From assembly GCF_009834535.1 (NCBI RefSeq), contig NC_045728.1, forward strand, positions 7,502,001 to 7,566,000: 64,000 nt of DNA, given 5' to 3'. Below, in pieces: positions 48,357 through 60,940 of the stretch (within the stretch, counting starts at the first letter, position 1; each line of letters begins with the position of its first letter). The position numbers and the translations under genes are program-made. The DNA is from Camelus ferus (lineage: Eukaryota). Below the pieces are notes generated by a model. The model saw only the letters and a program-made list of their open reading frames with translations, was not told the DNA's origin and did no database searches.

Positions 48357-49428
48357 CACTCCCACTTTCTTAACCATTTTGCTACAACATCTCTTTTCAG
48401 AGGTGAAATCCACAAGCATGGACAGTGCTAAACCTATGATTTACTCTTTCACTAATGCGATACTAGAGGCTCTAGGAAAGTGCTAGACAAGGCAGATGAT
48501 CATGCTAAAGACCTTTTTTTTTTATAGCTTGCATAGACTCTAGGAGATAATGAAGAAAGTGCATAGGAAGGCATGCATTCCTCTGAATTGGGGATTAAGA
48601 ATTCTTATTGTGAAATTATGAGCTGAATAGTACATTGTGTCTCAAAGGATCGAATGTTAGGTCTGTGACACAAACTCAGTAACTTCTACCCTCAGTGGGC
48701 TCATTTAATGTGAAAGGAAATCATGAGGGAGAGAATAATTTTCTGTGCCTCTAATCAGTTTTCCCTGAAATGGAATAGAGTCTCATTTGAGTCAACAGAT
48801 TGCTTTGGAGCTCATATAAGGTGGTTTTTCTCCTTGGAAGTGGAGGACCTTCTGGCAAATTTTCAAATTCTCAAGTATGGCCTCTTCCCCAGCATACCTC
48901 TTCTAGTGGGTCAAAGATGGAGGACCATGTTGATGGACTTTGCCTCCTTCATTGCCAGAAACTGTGACCCTCTCAGAACTGTAGGGGAGAAGGAGCATTA
49001 AGGTTCAGGGGCAGTGAGGCATCCAGGGAAAAGAAGGTGAAGGTTGAATCACCTTTGTCTTAATTTCCTTTCAAACCCCAAACTATGTAAATCAAGGATT
49101 CTGGAACACCTCCTATTTACTGATTTTTTTAGCCCTGATCCTTAACAGAGGCTGAGGAGAAGAGAGGAGATGATGTGCAGACACTGGGAGTCTATCAGCA
49201 TTCTTTCCAGACAGAGGCAAACAACATGAGTAAGGGTAAAGGAGAAAAATGAGGAATCACTGGTGGTAATCATAATTAAGTCTTGCTTTCTGGATGCCTT
49301 GCTGTGTGTCTTTAGGCACCTCTGAGCTTATAAACTAGCTCTCTCTCTGGAAACAAAGAGGGAAGATCCACTGTTACTGTCAGATTCTACCCCTGTTCCT
49401 GCAGATCACAACTGTGCAGTGAACGGCT

Positions 49429-50355
49429 ATGGAAGATAACTCCTCTGTGACCGAATTTATCCTTATGGGATTGACAGACCAACCTGAACTCCAACTGCCC
49501 CTGTTTTTCCTGTTTTTGGTGAACTGCGTGATCACTGTGTTGGGCAATCTGAGCTTGATTAATCTAATTTGTCTAAACGTGCACCTTCACACCCCCATGT
49601 ACTTCTTCCTCTTCAACCTGTCCTTTATTGATCTCTGTTACTCATTTGTGTTTACCCCCAAAATGCTAATGAGCTTTACTTCAGAGAGGAATATTATCTC
49701 CTTTAGAGGATGCATGACTCAGCTCTTTTTCTTCTGCTTTTTTGTCAACTCTGAGTGCTATGTCTTGACAGCCATGGCCTATGATCGTTACGTGGCCATC
49801 TGTAAGCCCCTGATGTACACAATTACCATGTCCCCTCAGGTCTGTTCTCTGCTGATGTCTGGTTCATATGTGATGGGGTTTGCTGGTGCCGTGGTCCACA
49901 CAGGGTGTATGATCAGGTTGATCTTTTGTGATTCCAACATCATCAACCATTACATGTGTGACATCTTCCCCCTCCTCCAGCTGTCCTGTAGCAGCACCTA
50001 TATCAACGAGCTTGTGGTTTCTGTTGTTGTGGGCACAGTTATTATAGTATCTAGCCTCATTATCTTTATTTCTTATGCTTTGATTCTTTTCAGTATCCTT
50101 CATATACCATCAGTTAAAGGTTGGTCCAAAGCCTTTAGCACCTGTGGCTCCCACATAATAACAGTTGGTCTCTTCTATGGTTTTGGGCTGCTCACTTACA
50201 TCAAGCCATCATCTGCTGGGTCTGTAGGGCAGGGGAAATTTTTCTCAGTGTTTTACACCAATGTGGTGCCCATGCTGAACCCTCTCATTTATAGCCTCAG
50301 GAACAAAGATGTCAAGATTGCTGTGAAGAAAACCCTGAAGAGAATTACAAACTGA
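49429..50355 (+). CDS. Olfactory receptor OR8B-subfamily-like, 308 aa, intact
   Basis: NSS sequon; [28 protein letters not shown] and [14 protein letters not shown] motifs; acceptor CCCTGTTCCTGCAG| at 49404. Confidence 0.95.
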   Translation: MEDNSSVTEFILMGLTDQPELQLPLFFLFLVNCVITVLGNLSLINLICLNVHLHTPMYFFLFNLSFIDLCYSFVFTPKMLMSFTSERNIISFRGCMTQLFFFCFFVNSECYVLTAMAYDRYVAICKPLMYTITMSPQVCSLLMSGSYVMGFAGAVVHTGCMIRLIFCDSNIINHYMCDIFPLLQLSCSSTYINELVVSVVVGTVIIVSSLIIFISYALILFSILHIPSVKGWSKAFSTCGSHIITVGLFYGFGLLTYIKPSSAGSVGQGKFFSVFYTNVVPMLNPLIYSLRNKDVKIAVKKTLKRITN

Positions 50356-51949
50356 ACAGAACCATTTATGCCTCCTTTTCCGGCTTTTTCTTCTCTTCCT
50401 GTCCACTTTTTCCTCTTCTTCCTATTTTTTTTTTTTAAGTCTCTACATTTGTCTTTCTAAAGTCTTCTTGGCAGAATTTCTGCTCTAATGTCTTTCCTTC
50501 TCTTGCCATATAAGGTAACTCTGTGGGCTTATTCTTGGACTTGAGGGTCATCCTGAGCCCTAAGTGAGCCCACACTAGTGGGAGACAATGGGATGATAAC
50601 CTTTCTAAGGATAACACTACCTGATATTTTTTTGTGTGTCTTTCCTATCCAAGGTAAGCCATGGCACGGTATGCTATTTGAAAAGTTCTTTACTTGGTTT
50701 TATTACATTGAGTCCTTTCCTGGTACAAGGGTTTTATTACCTACAACTGCTTAAAACAGAGAAGGAATGACAAAAATTGTAGGCATGATAAAGTTGGAAA
50801 ATTTTCCAGAATTTTTCAGGATTCTCTTAGGATTCTCTCTTTTAGGGTTCTCTCTTAGCTGTTGTTCTAGATTTTCAGTATGCATGTATAAAGGAATTGA
50901 ATGCTTTGTTGAACCAACGTCCTTTCTTTTATTCTTGAGGATGCTTGACAATTTATCAGCTACACTATTCCGCCTACCTTTTTCAATCCTCACCGGTAAC
51001 AAATGCTTCTATTTAATGTATTTGTCAGCTGATATTTCGTCATCAGTGGAATTGAGATTGTCACCAACTTGTCTATGTATCTGTGGTTTGCCATTGTGGT
51101 TGAAAATTATACAGTGATATTCTTGCCTGCATAATAGGTTGTCACATGTAATGTCAAGATTCTTTGTCTAAGTGTGTGACAGAGATTTCCCCTTTGCAAA
51201 GGAAGATCTGTTTTCTGCTTTCAGAAAACAAACAAAAATATATGGTGGAAACCATGTTCTGTTGGGATTAATTCTTTCTACATGTAAATGTGATACCTCC
51301 CTTTTGTCTCTCAGAAGAAGGATTAAGTCTGCAGTCCGTAATGTGTACCACAATTTTACAAATCCTATTAAAATACAAGTCTCCTTACCTGATTTTTTAG
51401 ATAAGGAAATAGTTATGTGACTTGCTCAAGATTGCACAGCCCAGTTTTTGAATCCACTATTCATTATGAAGAAATGGAAGGAAAGAAAGAATTGTGAGGG
51501 AACAGAAAGAACTTCTGGAGAGTTGTTTCTGAATAAGCTTGAAAATGGGAGTTTTCATGGGAATAATATCCTCAGCCAAGATGGCTGTGGCAGAGAGATG
51601 TTCTGCAAGGCTTCAGTGCCCAACTAGAAAAATGTGCCTATTCCTGGAGAAGTTTAATTAAGTGGGGTAAGCAGCGTGAGTTACAGAGAAATATTTATCA
51701 CAATCTATTTATAATAGTCATCATTTCCTGGGATGGTGAGGCTGAAGAATTTGGGGACATGCCCCTCTGGTAGGCATGTCACAATTTTCATAGTAGCATG
51801 TACACTTTAACAAGCCTATTAGATATTATGGTATCATCTGGAAAGAAGAAAAAAGGATTCTCTATAATGAAAACAATAGAAAATAAGGCTCTACAATTTT
51901 TTTGTGTGTGTCACACAGAACATAGACTCTACTGTCCTTTGTAACCTAG

Positions 51950-53115
51950 AAGGGGGCTTCTAGGAGGGCAAGAATAAATGAGGTTTGGTAAGAGAGCACT
52001 TCCATGGCTTTGGCAAGAAGCGAGCCCAGTGAGACAGATGGCAGTCACTGCTGCATTTTAAAAGCCCAGGCAAAGAGGCCCTTCACCCTCTGGTTGCCAG
52101 CTCTAGCAGTCACATGCAGAGGGAGTCGCCCTTTGTGGACAAGAGACCTGTGGGGCTGCTGGAGGAGTTTGTGTTTCAGGTGCCCAAGGAGTACAGTGAT
52201 CACCTGTAGGTGCTGAGGACTGTGGTGGTGGGAGGCTCTGCAAGGAATCCTGATGTTCACAGCTCCAGGCAGATGCCCAGCCTCTGTCTCCCCATGTCAG
52301 ATACGGGTCCATTCCGAGCTGATGTATCCTCTTAGTACCATCAAAGCCGTATGATTGCGCTAAGAATCCATAAGCCTTCAGCAGATTAGGGCTTCTTTGT
52401 TATTTTGAAGAATTTGAAATGAAAAAATGAAATTTGTTCTAGATTGGTTTAACATTAAATTTGTCAAAGAGAAAAGTTCTTACATTATTTGAACGATTTC
52501 AATGATAAATTTTTGGATGGTTTTAAAAATGATTTAACACTGTGTGTTATTTGACATTCAATATTTCTTTTTGTGGTGATCATAAAAATATGGTTATAAC
52601 TATTAAGACCTTATCTGTAATTGCTATTTATTTCTTAAAACATGATAGGAAAAATTAGGTTCCAGAAGCAAGCACACATTTTCAGTAAGGATTATAAAGA
52701 TACTTTATTTGGAAATATTATCTAATATATAAAGTAACTACAATTCTGTTTTAATTATAAGTGCATGTTGAGTTTCAAATAATTTACATTAATCTGATAT
52801 GTAATAAAATACTGTTTTTAAATTTTACCATCAAACATTACATATATACTAAAATATTCACAGAACATTCATTTATAGTTTAATAAATAATGAACAAAAT
52901 CAATGCAATCCCTACTTGGATAATAAAATATTGCCAGAACAGTTCATTCAGTATTTATAGCTATATTTTTCCCCAAGTGGGTATTTAAGTCTTCAGAGAC
53001 CTAGCCCAATGATATGCGATAGGTAAGTTTTAAAATAGCTTATTTAGCCAAATTAGGGCAAGTGGACTGTGTGCATTCAGTACATAGTTCAGCTTTTGCT
53101 GAATGTCTTCATTGT
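51950..53115 (+). repeat. Diverged duplicated non-coding block, copy 2 (partner 17340-18500)
   Basis: See copy 1; also shares ttccagaagcaag.aca.attttca and cctagcccaa...gcttatt.ag.caa. Confidence 0.85.
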
Positions 53116-53564
53116 TGGAAAATATTTGTATAAACAGGTATATTTAGTGTTACAAAGTGAGGTGTTATATATTATAGCTTTGTGAGTTTTTGCTTGTTTC
53201 CTTTAATGAAATACATGGTAGATTTATTTTAAGATTATGCAGAGTTATGTAAATAAAGTACACAGAATATTTTGGAGAGAAAAATAATCTAAATAAGATT
53301 AAGTATCTGTATAGGTCTTTCATTCTAAAATTTCCCTTGGATTTACCTCCCTTTGATTTTTATATCTGAACCATTACACCTGGCCATTCAGAATATAGAA
53401 TTAACTTTTTTTGTTTGTCTAGGACCCTACTTTTATTACTGTTTTTTCATCCTGGAATTTTCAAAAAGAAATCATTGGAGAAATAATGAAAAATAAAGAT
53501 AAATATACACAACTTTAAAAAACCAGGTTCCCAGGACTGAAGAGTTTTCTCCAGCTTTTTTTGA

Positions 53565-53895
53565 AATTTTTAAAAAATTGAAATATGGTCAGTTTACAAT
53601 GTTGTGTCAATTTCTGGTGTACAGCATAATAGTTCAATCATACATATACATACATATATTCATTTTCATATTTTTCATTATAGGTTACTACAAGATATTG
53701 AATGTAGTTCCCTGTGCTATACAGTTTAAACTTGTTGTTTATTTTATATATAGTAGTTAGTACTGTAAATCTTAAACTCCCAATTTATCCCTTCCCACCC
53801 CTTTACCCCCTGGTAAGCATAAGTTTGTTTTCTATGTCTGTGAGTCTGTTTCTGTTTTGTAAATAAGTTCATTTGTCTTTCTTTTAAGATTCTTT
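53565..53895 (-). mobile_element. L1 3' end
   Basis: gtcagtttacaatgttgtgtcaatttctggtgtacagc...ttccctgtgctatacag...gtttgttttctatgtctgtgagtctgtttctg. Confidence 0.85.
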
Positions 53896-54524
53896 ATATA
53901 ATTGAATCTCCAGCTTTTGATGCAAATACTTAGAGCTAATATTTTCTTCTCAGCTTTTCTCAGTATATCTTATTGTTTCTTTATCTTTCAGTGCGTAAAC
54001 TGAATCTATCTTCACTGCCTAAATTATTTCACTAGCCTTCCCAGATTTTCTATTTTTAATTTTTCTATTTATTCTCAGCATTTAAAGCTAAAATTCTATT
54101 TTTTTACTAAACTTTTGTTTAGTAAAAATTGTCTCCACCAATTGAGTTTTTATTTCTAATGATCTTTGGAATTCTCTAGTTAACCACTGAGTTTGAAAGA
54201 TAGTTTGTATTGGCTATTCTTGAGTCATAGTGAGTAAGGTGGCCTTTTATGGATTTGGTAATCAGTTTCACCAAATATGATATATTTGTTGGTGCTACTT
54301 TTTAACCCCTTGACAGACAGAGACTGGAAACTTTTGGTGATTGAACATTCAGTGACTATCTTGTGACCATAAGCAGAAAACCTGATTAGAACCTAAATTG
54401 TGGGACCAGGGCCAAGAAAAAGATCTAGAGAAACTGGGCCTTGGTCACATCATCTGAACTCTTGGGTTGGGCTTCACTGGAATCCAAGGAAGTATTTGAA
54501 TTTTTGTTTAAATAAAGAAACGTC

Positions 54525-55045
54525 TTTTAAGATTTCACATATAAATGATATCATATGATATTTGTTTTTCTCTGACTTACTCCACTCAATATGATAATCT
54601 CTAGGTCCCTCCATATTGTTGCAAATAGCATTATTTCATTCCTTTCAATGGCTGAGTAATATTCCATTCTATAAATGTACTATAACTTCTTTATCCAAGT
54701 ATCTGTTGATGGACATTTGGGTTGGAATGATACAAAAATTCTGTTTACAAAGAAAAAACAGACTCACAAACATAGAAAACAAACTATGGTTACCAAAGGG
54801 GAAAGTGTGGGAAGGGATAAAGTAGGGGTTGGGGATTAACAGACACACATTACTATATATAAAATAGATAAACAACAAGGACCTACTGTACGGCACAGGG
54901 AACTATATTGAATTTCTTGTAATAAAATATAACGGAAAAGAATCTGAAAAGAAAACATATATGTATGTGTATATCTAACTGAATTACTTTTCTGTATACC
55001 TGAAACTAACATTGTAAATCAATTACACTTTAATAAAAAATTTTT
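54525..55045 (+). mobile_element. L1 3' end with 5' inversion
   Basis: 54525-54722 is antisense ORF2 C-terminus; 54725-55045 is the sense 3'UTR that directly follows it in L1. Confidence 0.75.
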
Positions 55046-55563
55046 TAAAATTCATTCATAAAATAAAATGTGGTCATACTAAAAATAAATAAATGAAATT
55101 ATTTTATTTTTGAAACTGCTTTTCCCCCCAAATTCAAATTTTATTCAGAATAATCTGAGTGATTCTATAACTTCAGCTATGAAATGTACACCAGCATGAG
55201 TATGTGTGTCTATATTATTGCAGCATTATGCAGCTTAAATTTAAGATTTCTTTTGGATGAAAAAGATGGAAAAGCAAAAAATTCTTATTCACAGAGATTT
55301 AGAAATTAAAACAAGCAAAGTTAAATTGTTAACCATAACACAAGAATTGTAATTAACAGCTTCTTTTGGTACTCTTAATGCAAGGCTACTCAAGGATAGT
55401 CTAATATACTCTCTATACTTTCTAATTTACAGTTACAACATAATTAAGCAACAGAAAACTTCAATTCAGTTGTCATCATTTCAGAATTTTTCAAAATGTT
55501 GACTTGAGATACAAAGAAGAGCAATTCCATTACCATTATACTTTGCATGTGCTGTAAAGGATA

Positions 55564-55779
55564 CAAATAACCCTTGAACAGCATGGGTTTGGCTGCACAT
55601 GTCCACTCATATGCAGATTTTTTCAATAAATATGCACTACACTACTACAGAATCTGTGATTGGTTGAATCCACAGATTTGGAAATGCAGATACAGAGGGA
55701 TGCCGTAAAGTGATAAACAGATTTTCAGCTGTGCAGAGGGTCAGTGCCCCTAACACCCACATTGTTCGAGGGTCAACTG
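55564..55779. mobile_element. Tigger2a/MER8-like TcMar MITE
   Basis: TA flanks at 55562-55563 and 55780-55781; termini caaataacccttgaacagc and attgttcgagggtcaactg are imperfect inverted repeats of the Tigger2 type. Confidence 0.8.
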
Positions 55780-55829
55780 TAGTTATATAAAAAAAAGTTA
55801 AATTTTCAGCCTTTGTATGTTTAAAGATG

Positions 55830-58720
55830 TTCATTTCTTCATAATTTATTGAAGATACTTTTTGCTGGGAATAGAAATCTAGATTGATAGTATTTTTCTT
55901 TCATAATTGAAAGGCATTGCTCTACTATAAACTGGCTTACTTTCTTTTGATGAAAAGCCTGTTATTCTTTTTCTTTTTCTTTTGTATGTAATGTAACATT
56001 TTCCGCTTCTAATTGCATTTAAGATTTTCTCTTTATCACTGGCTTTAATCAATTTGGTTATCGTGGTTTGGAAAGTTTTCTTTATATTTTTCTGCTTGGA
56101 GTTCTTTGAGATTCTTAGAACTGTCGGTTTATAATTTTCATCCAATTTTGGCCATTATTTATTTAAATATTTTTATAACCTCACTTCTTTTGGAATTCCA
56201 ATTCTATAAGTGTTAGGTTGTTTGTAATCGTCTCACAGTTCACTAGTGCTCTGTTCATCTATTTTCAGTCTTTTTTTTTCTTTGTGTTTTTCTTGTTATG
56301 CTGTCAAGTTTATTAATTATTTCTTCTGCAGTGTGAAACCTTCTGGTAGGATTATTTTCTAGATTTTTTGGAATTTTAATTGAATTATGTCCCTTTCTAA
56401 TATAAATACTTTTTTCCCTAGCAACATGTCTGCTATTCATTTATTTTTCTTACCCTGTTGGATTATCTATTATCTTCAGTGCAGTGTCAAATAGGAGTAG
56501 TGGGAGTGGAAATTCTTGTGTTATTTCCACATTTAGGGGTAAAGAATTCACTCTTCACTTTTAAGTATTGAAGTTAGATATAGTTTTATTTTTAAATTTT
56601 TTTCTTTTTTTTTTGCAAATGACTTTTCTTAGGTTAGGGAAATTTTCTTCCCTTCTATTTAAATTTTGTAAGCTTTTTCTGCATCTACTTAGATGGTCAT
56701 GTCGTTTTACTTCTTTACTCTTTTAACATGGTGAATTACATTGATTGACATTCAGATATAAAATGAGATATTTTGGTTTAATTCAAATATTAAACCAACT
56801 TACATTCACAAGATTAAACCTTGTTTTTCATGATGCATTGGTTTTTTACATATTGTTGGATTCAGTTTGGTAAAACTTAAAAAAAAAAATACCTTTTTGC
56901 ATCTATGTTTATGAAGGGTATTAGTCTTTAATTTTCTTTTCTTGTAACTACTTTGGTTTTGGTATGAGAGGAATGCTTGTTTTATAGAATGAATTGTATA
57001 ATTTTCCTATTTAAATTTTTTTTCGATTTGTGTATAATTGCTATTATTTCTTTTGTAAATGTTGGGTAGATTTTAACAACAAAGCTATTTGAGCGCAGGA
57101 TTTGTGTGTGTGTGTGTGTGGGAAAGTTTTTAATTAAAATTCAATTTCTTTAATAGACTTAAGGGCATTTTATTTACCTACTTCTTCAGTGAATTTCGGC
57201 ACTTTGTATCTTTCAACAAATTAATCCTTTGTTGGTTGCAAAATTTATTAATATAAATTTGTTCATAATATTCTCTTACTTTCCTTTTAATGTGTGTAGA
57301 ATCTATTGCAATGTACTCTCATATTTCTGATATTGGTAATTTGTGTCTTTTCTCCTTTTGTCCTGAGCATTCTAGCTAAAGAATTACTTCTTTTAATGAT
57401 CTGAAAACCACAAGTTTTAGATTAGCTAATTTTGTATATTGTTCTTCTATTTCCTACTTTATTGATTTTTTTTGCTATTATCTTTATTATTGTATTCTTC
57501 TGCTTAGTTTGGTTTTAATTTTACTTTTTTTAGTTTCATAAGATGAAATTTTAAGTCTTTGATTTAAAACCCCTCTGCTTTTCCAATGTAGGCACTTACA
57601 TGCCATAAAGTGCCTTGTAAGCCCTGTATTTACATTACATGTATTTTTATATGTTGTGTTTATATTTTCATTCATTTCAAAATATTTTCTAATTTCCCAC
57701 TTTATTTCATTTTTTTAAAAATTTTAATATTTTTTTCTGGTAATAACTTTCTTGATATTATCCACATGTACAATTCATACATTTAGTGAATAAAATTAAG
57801 TGTTTTTTAGTTTATTCATAGAGTTATGCAACCATAACCATAATGAATTTTAGAATATTTCATCATCCCCCAGAGAAATCTCATATCCTTTAACCATCAC
57901 CTCTCTACTTTCTCATCCTGTCTTATATAGCTCCTAGTATATTTCATGTCTTAACAGATTTGAATGGTTTGGATATTTCATATAACAAAATAGTATATGT
58001 GGTCTTTTGTGATTGACTTTTCTTGCTTTACATGATGATTTCAAGTTCATTCATGTTGTAACTTTTAAAAGTACTTTATTCTTTTTCTTTACTCAGTAAT
58101 ATTTCATTATATAGATATAAACATTTGTTTACCCATTCATCAGCTAATGGACATTTAGATTTTTATACTTTCTGGCTATTAAGCGCTATGAACATGCATA
58201 TGTAAATTCTCATGTGGATATATATTTTCTTACACATTGCTGTAAGGTCATATGGTAATTCTATTTTTACATTTTTGATGAAATGCTAGATTGATTTCCC
58301 AAATGACTATACCATTTAACAATGTATGAGTTTCCAATTTCTTCACATTCTCATCAACAATAATAGTGTTATCTGTCGTCTTACTGTAGCCATCCTACTA
58401 GTGTGTGTGAAGTGATATTTTGTTGCAGTTTTAATATCCATTTCCCTGCTAACTAATAATTTTTAACATATTTTCATATACTTTTTGGACATTTGTATAT
58501 TTTCTTTGGAGAAATATCTATTCCAATAATTTGCCCAATTAAAAGTTGGGTCATTTGTCTTTTATTAGTGAGTTGAAGAGTGGCTTATGCATTCTGGGTA
58601 TTAGATGTGGATTCTGGTGCTTTTTAAATAGAAGACTGGCACATATTTCTCTCACTCTCTGCGTTGTTTTTTCACTTTCTTGGTGTCTTTTGGAGACACT
58701 CCTTATTTTCAGCAGGTCGA
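55830..58720 (-). mobile_element. Mosaic of ancient L1M fragments (ORF1, ORF2 and an L1MB/MC-type 3' end)
   Basis: ttgaagatactttttgctggga...; ggtgaattacattgattga...ttttgcatctatgtttatg...; gagttatgcaaccataacc...ttggagaaatatctattc. Confidence 0.75.
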
Positions 58721-58989
58721 ACATTTAGATAGTCTTATACTTTTTGACTAGAAAGGGAGCCCTTTCTATTAAGTATAACATGATGTCCTTTTCTCTCCAC
58801 AGTGTATATTTAATTATGTATATGCATTTTTTCATATACATATATTTATATAATAATTTAAATATACTAAGGTATTGAGTTGATTTAAAGCTTAGAAGAG
58901 TAAATTTACTTAAAAATAACAGATACATTCTACAGATAAATTGAACAAGTACGATTTCCTACAACAAACATCTTTCACAAGCTTTTTCG

Positions 58990-59420
58990 TTGTGGCAGAC
59001 TGTGTAGGTATCCTACTCAGCTGACATTTCTCTCCTTCTTAATGCTGAAACTTCATTTCATGATAGTGGCTGTAAATGGGAGATTGTCATCTTCTCAGTA
59101 CTCCTTGAAACTTGGTTGGCCATGTGCATAGTCCTGACTGAAGAGGCATGAAGGGAAGTCATCTACTGGCTTTTGGGGAAGATTCACTTCATGATATAAA
59201 GAGAGAGAGATGTGAGGGGCAATGTTTTGCCTTGTTCTGTTGCTTTATTCTTTGGAGATGGTTGTCTTTGTTTTTGTCCTTCAGAGTGTTTAGTTGCTGA
59301 TCCAACCCTAGGATGCTGTACTTTCAGATTTATTATGTGAGAAAAATAAGTGCCTATTTTAAATGAGTTTTTAACTGAGCATTTTGTAAATTGAAGCAGG
59401 AAACTTTCTAACTGATAACA
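58990..59420 (+). mobile_element. Ancient MaLR/ERVL LTR remnant
   Basis: Starts tgtggcagac, ends ctaactgata; internal ggccatgtg...gactgaagag...gggaagtc and tgtgagaaaaataagtgcctattttaa. Confidence 0.55.
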
Positions 59421-60109
59421 AGGGTTAAAAGTTACATTCCTGAGATATTAAATAAAAATATGTTATTCTAACAGATGAATGTTGGAGAGGATATTCTGGC
59501 AGCTTTTCAGTAAATATTGAAGAGAAAACCTGTAGTTTATTTTGATAGAGATTATGTGCTTATTTGAACTTAAGTTTTAAGTATATTCTTCAGTTTACTT
59601 GGCTAGTACTTTTTGTTCATTACCTTTTCGTGGTCTCGGAAATATAGACATTCTTCCCAATTCTCTTTTCTATATTTGTTGAGTAGAGTAAGAATTTGTG
59701 TGCTACTTAATGTGCTCAAAACACTTAAAATAATGAGAATAGAACTTTCACAATTTTTATGAAGTTGAACTCTCATTTTATTTCTTCTTTAATTTTATCT
59801 ACAACTTAATCTGGCTCTGATACTTAGACTTTTATTACAGTGTTTCAATTATGCCATGGATAATTGAGAATCACTGAAAGTTCTTACACTGGCTCATTCT
59901 AGCAGCAGTGCATATGGCTACATAACAGGGATTATGTTTGACAAAGCTGGAATAATAGTTGGAGCCACTACAATTCAGTTAAAACCTAGAGTACCTGAGC
60001 TTGTGTAGTGGCTGAGGGAAAATGATGGACGTCAGTGTGGCTATAGACTCTAGCACTAAGCATGTGAGAAATGTGAAAAACATTCCAAAGGTTTTCATCC
60101 AGAGAATGT

Positions 60110-60535
60110 CATTTACATCATTGCTTATGGAGCACCTGCTGTGTACTCTGCACTATCCATAACACCATGAGAAAAGTCATAAACAAGACTGAAGAGACAT
60201 TTGCCCTTACAGAACTTGTAGTTTATAGGGGAACACAGAAATTAAAGGGGAAATCTCTGATGAGCGTTCTATTTGAGGACCTCCTGAAAGTGTTGAGAAC
60301 AGATGTGATGACCGCTGACATTGACTGTTTACTACATGCCAGGTACTGTTATAAACACTTTAGGTAACTTTTTCATTGAATCATCAAAACAACCCAACGA
60401 AAGAGATGCTATTATTATCAGTATTTTAGAAATTATGAACTTGAGCCATAGAGAGTTTAAGTACTGTGTCCAAGTGAGAATGCATGGGGTAGGATTCAAA
60501 CCCATCCCCTCTAACTCTGTGGCCCCTACTCGTCT
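60110..60535 (-). mobile_element. L2 3' end (60110-60240) followed by a MIR (60325-60535)
   Basis: ttatggagcacctgctgtgtact...aaacaagac...tttgcccttacagaactt; then tactacatgccaggtactgtt...aacaacccaacga...ggattcaaaccc. Confidence 0.65.
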
Positions 60536-60874
60536 ATAAGGAGAAGGAACTGATAACCTCAGTTAATGAAATAATAACATTTAAGGACCCAGCTGGATCT
60601 TGAGGTAGAAATTTCCAGTAGGTGTTTAAATGTAAAAACTTTAGAAGGGAGAAAGGTATAGACTTTTTTTTTTTTAATAACCTAGGAGATGCAATAACTG
60701 AAATGAGTTACTAGAGTTTTTGCAAATTTTCAGGTAAAGATATGAAGAAATCTGCAGGCAACTCTAAAAAATTTTCATTTATGGTATGGGAAGACACAGA
60801 AAAAGAACCTATTCAATAGATTTTCTTTAGGAGGTGAAAATGTTAGGAAAATGGGAGTTTAATTTTGCCTCTGC

Positions 60875-60940
60875 CTTGGGGGATGTACTGTCCCTAGAGT
60901 GACCTGTAAACTGGATGAAAATATTGAGTCCCTAAGGAAC
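60875..60940 (+). promoter_or_regulatory. Candidate OR promoter: cluster of three O/E-like sites
   Basis: CCTTGGGGGA, TCCCTAGAG and TCCCTAAGGA (60929-60938), about 1.1 kb upstream of the CDS. Confidence 0.3.

Noticed and set aside
50119-50145. GWSKAF instead of GRSKAF in OR 49429
   Set aside because: As I recall, this Trp occurs in other members of this OR8B subgroup, so it is probably a subfamily trait rather than a lesion.
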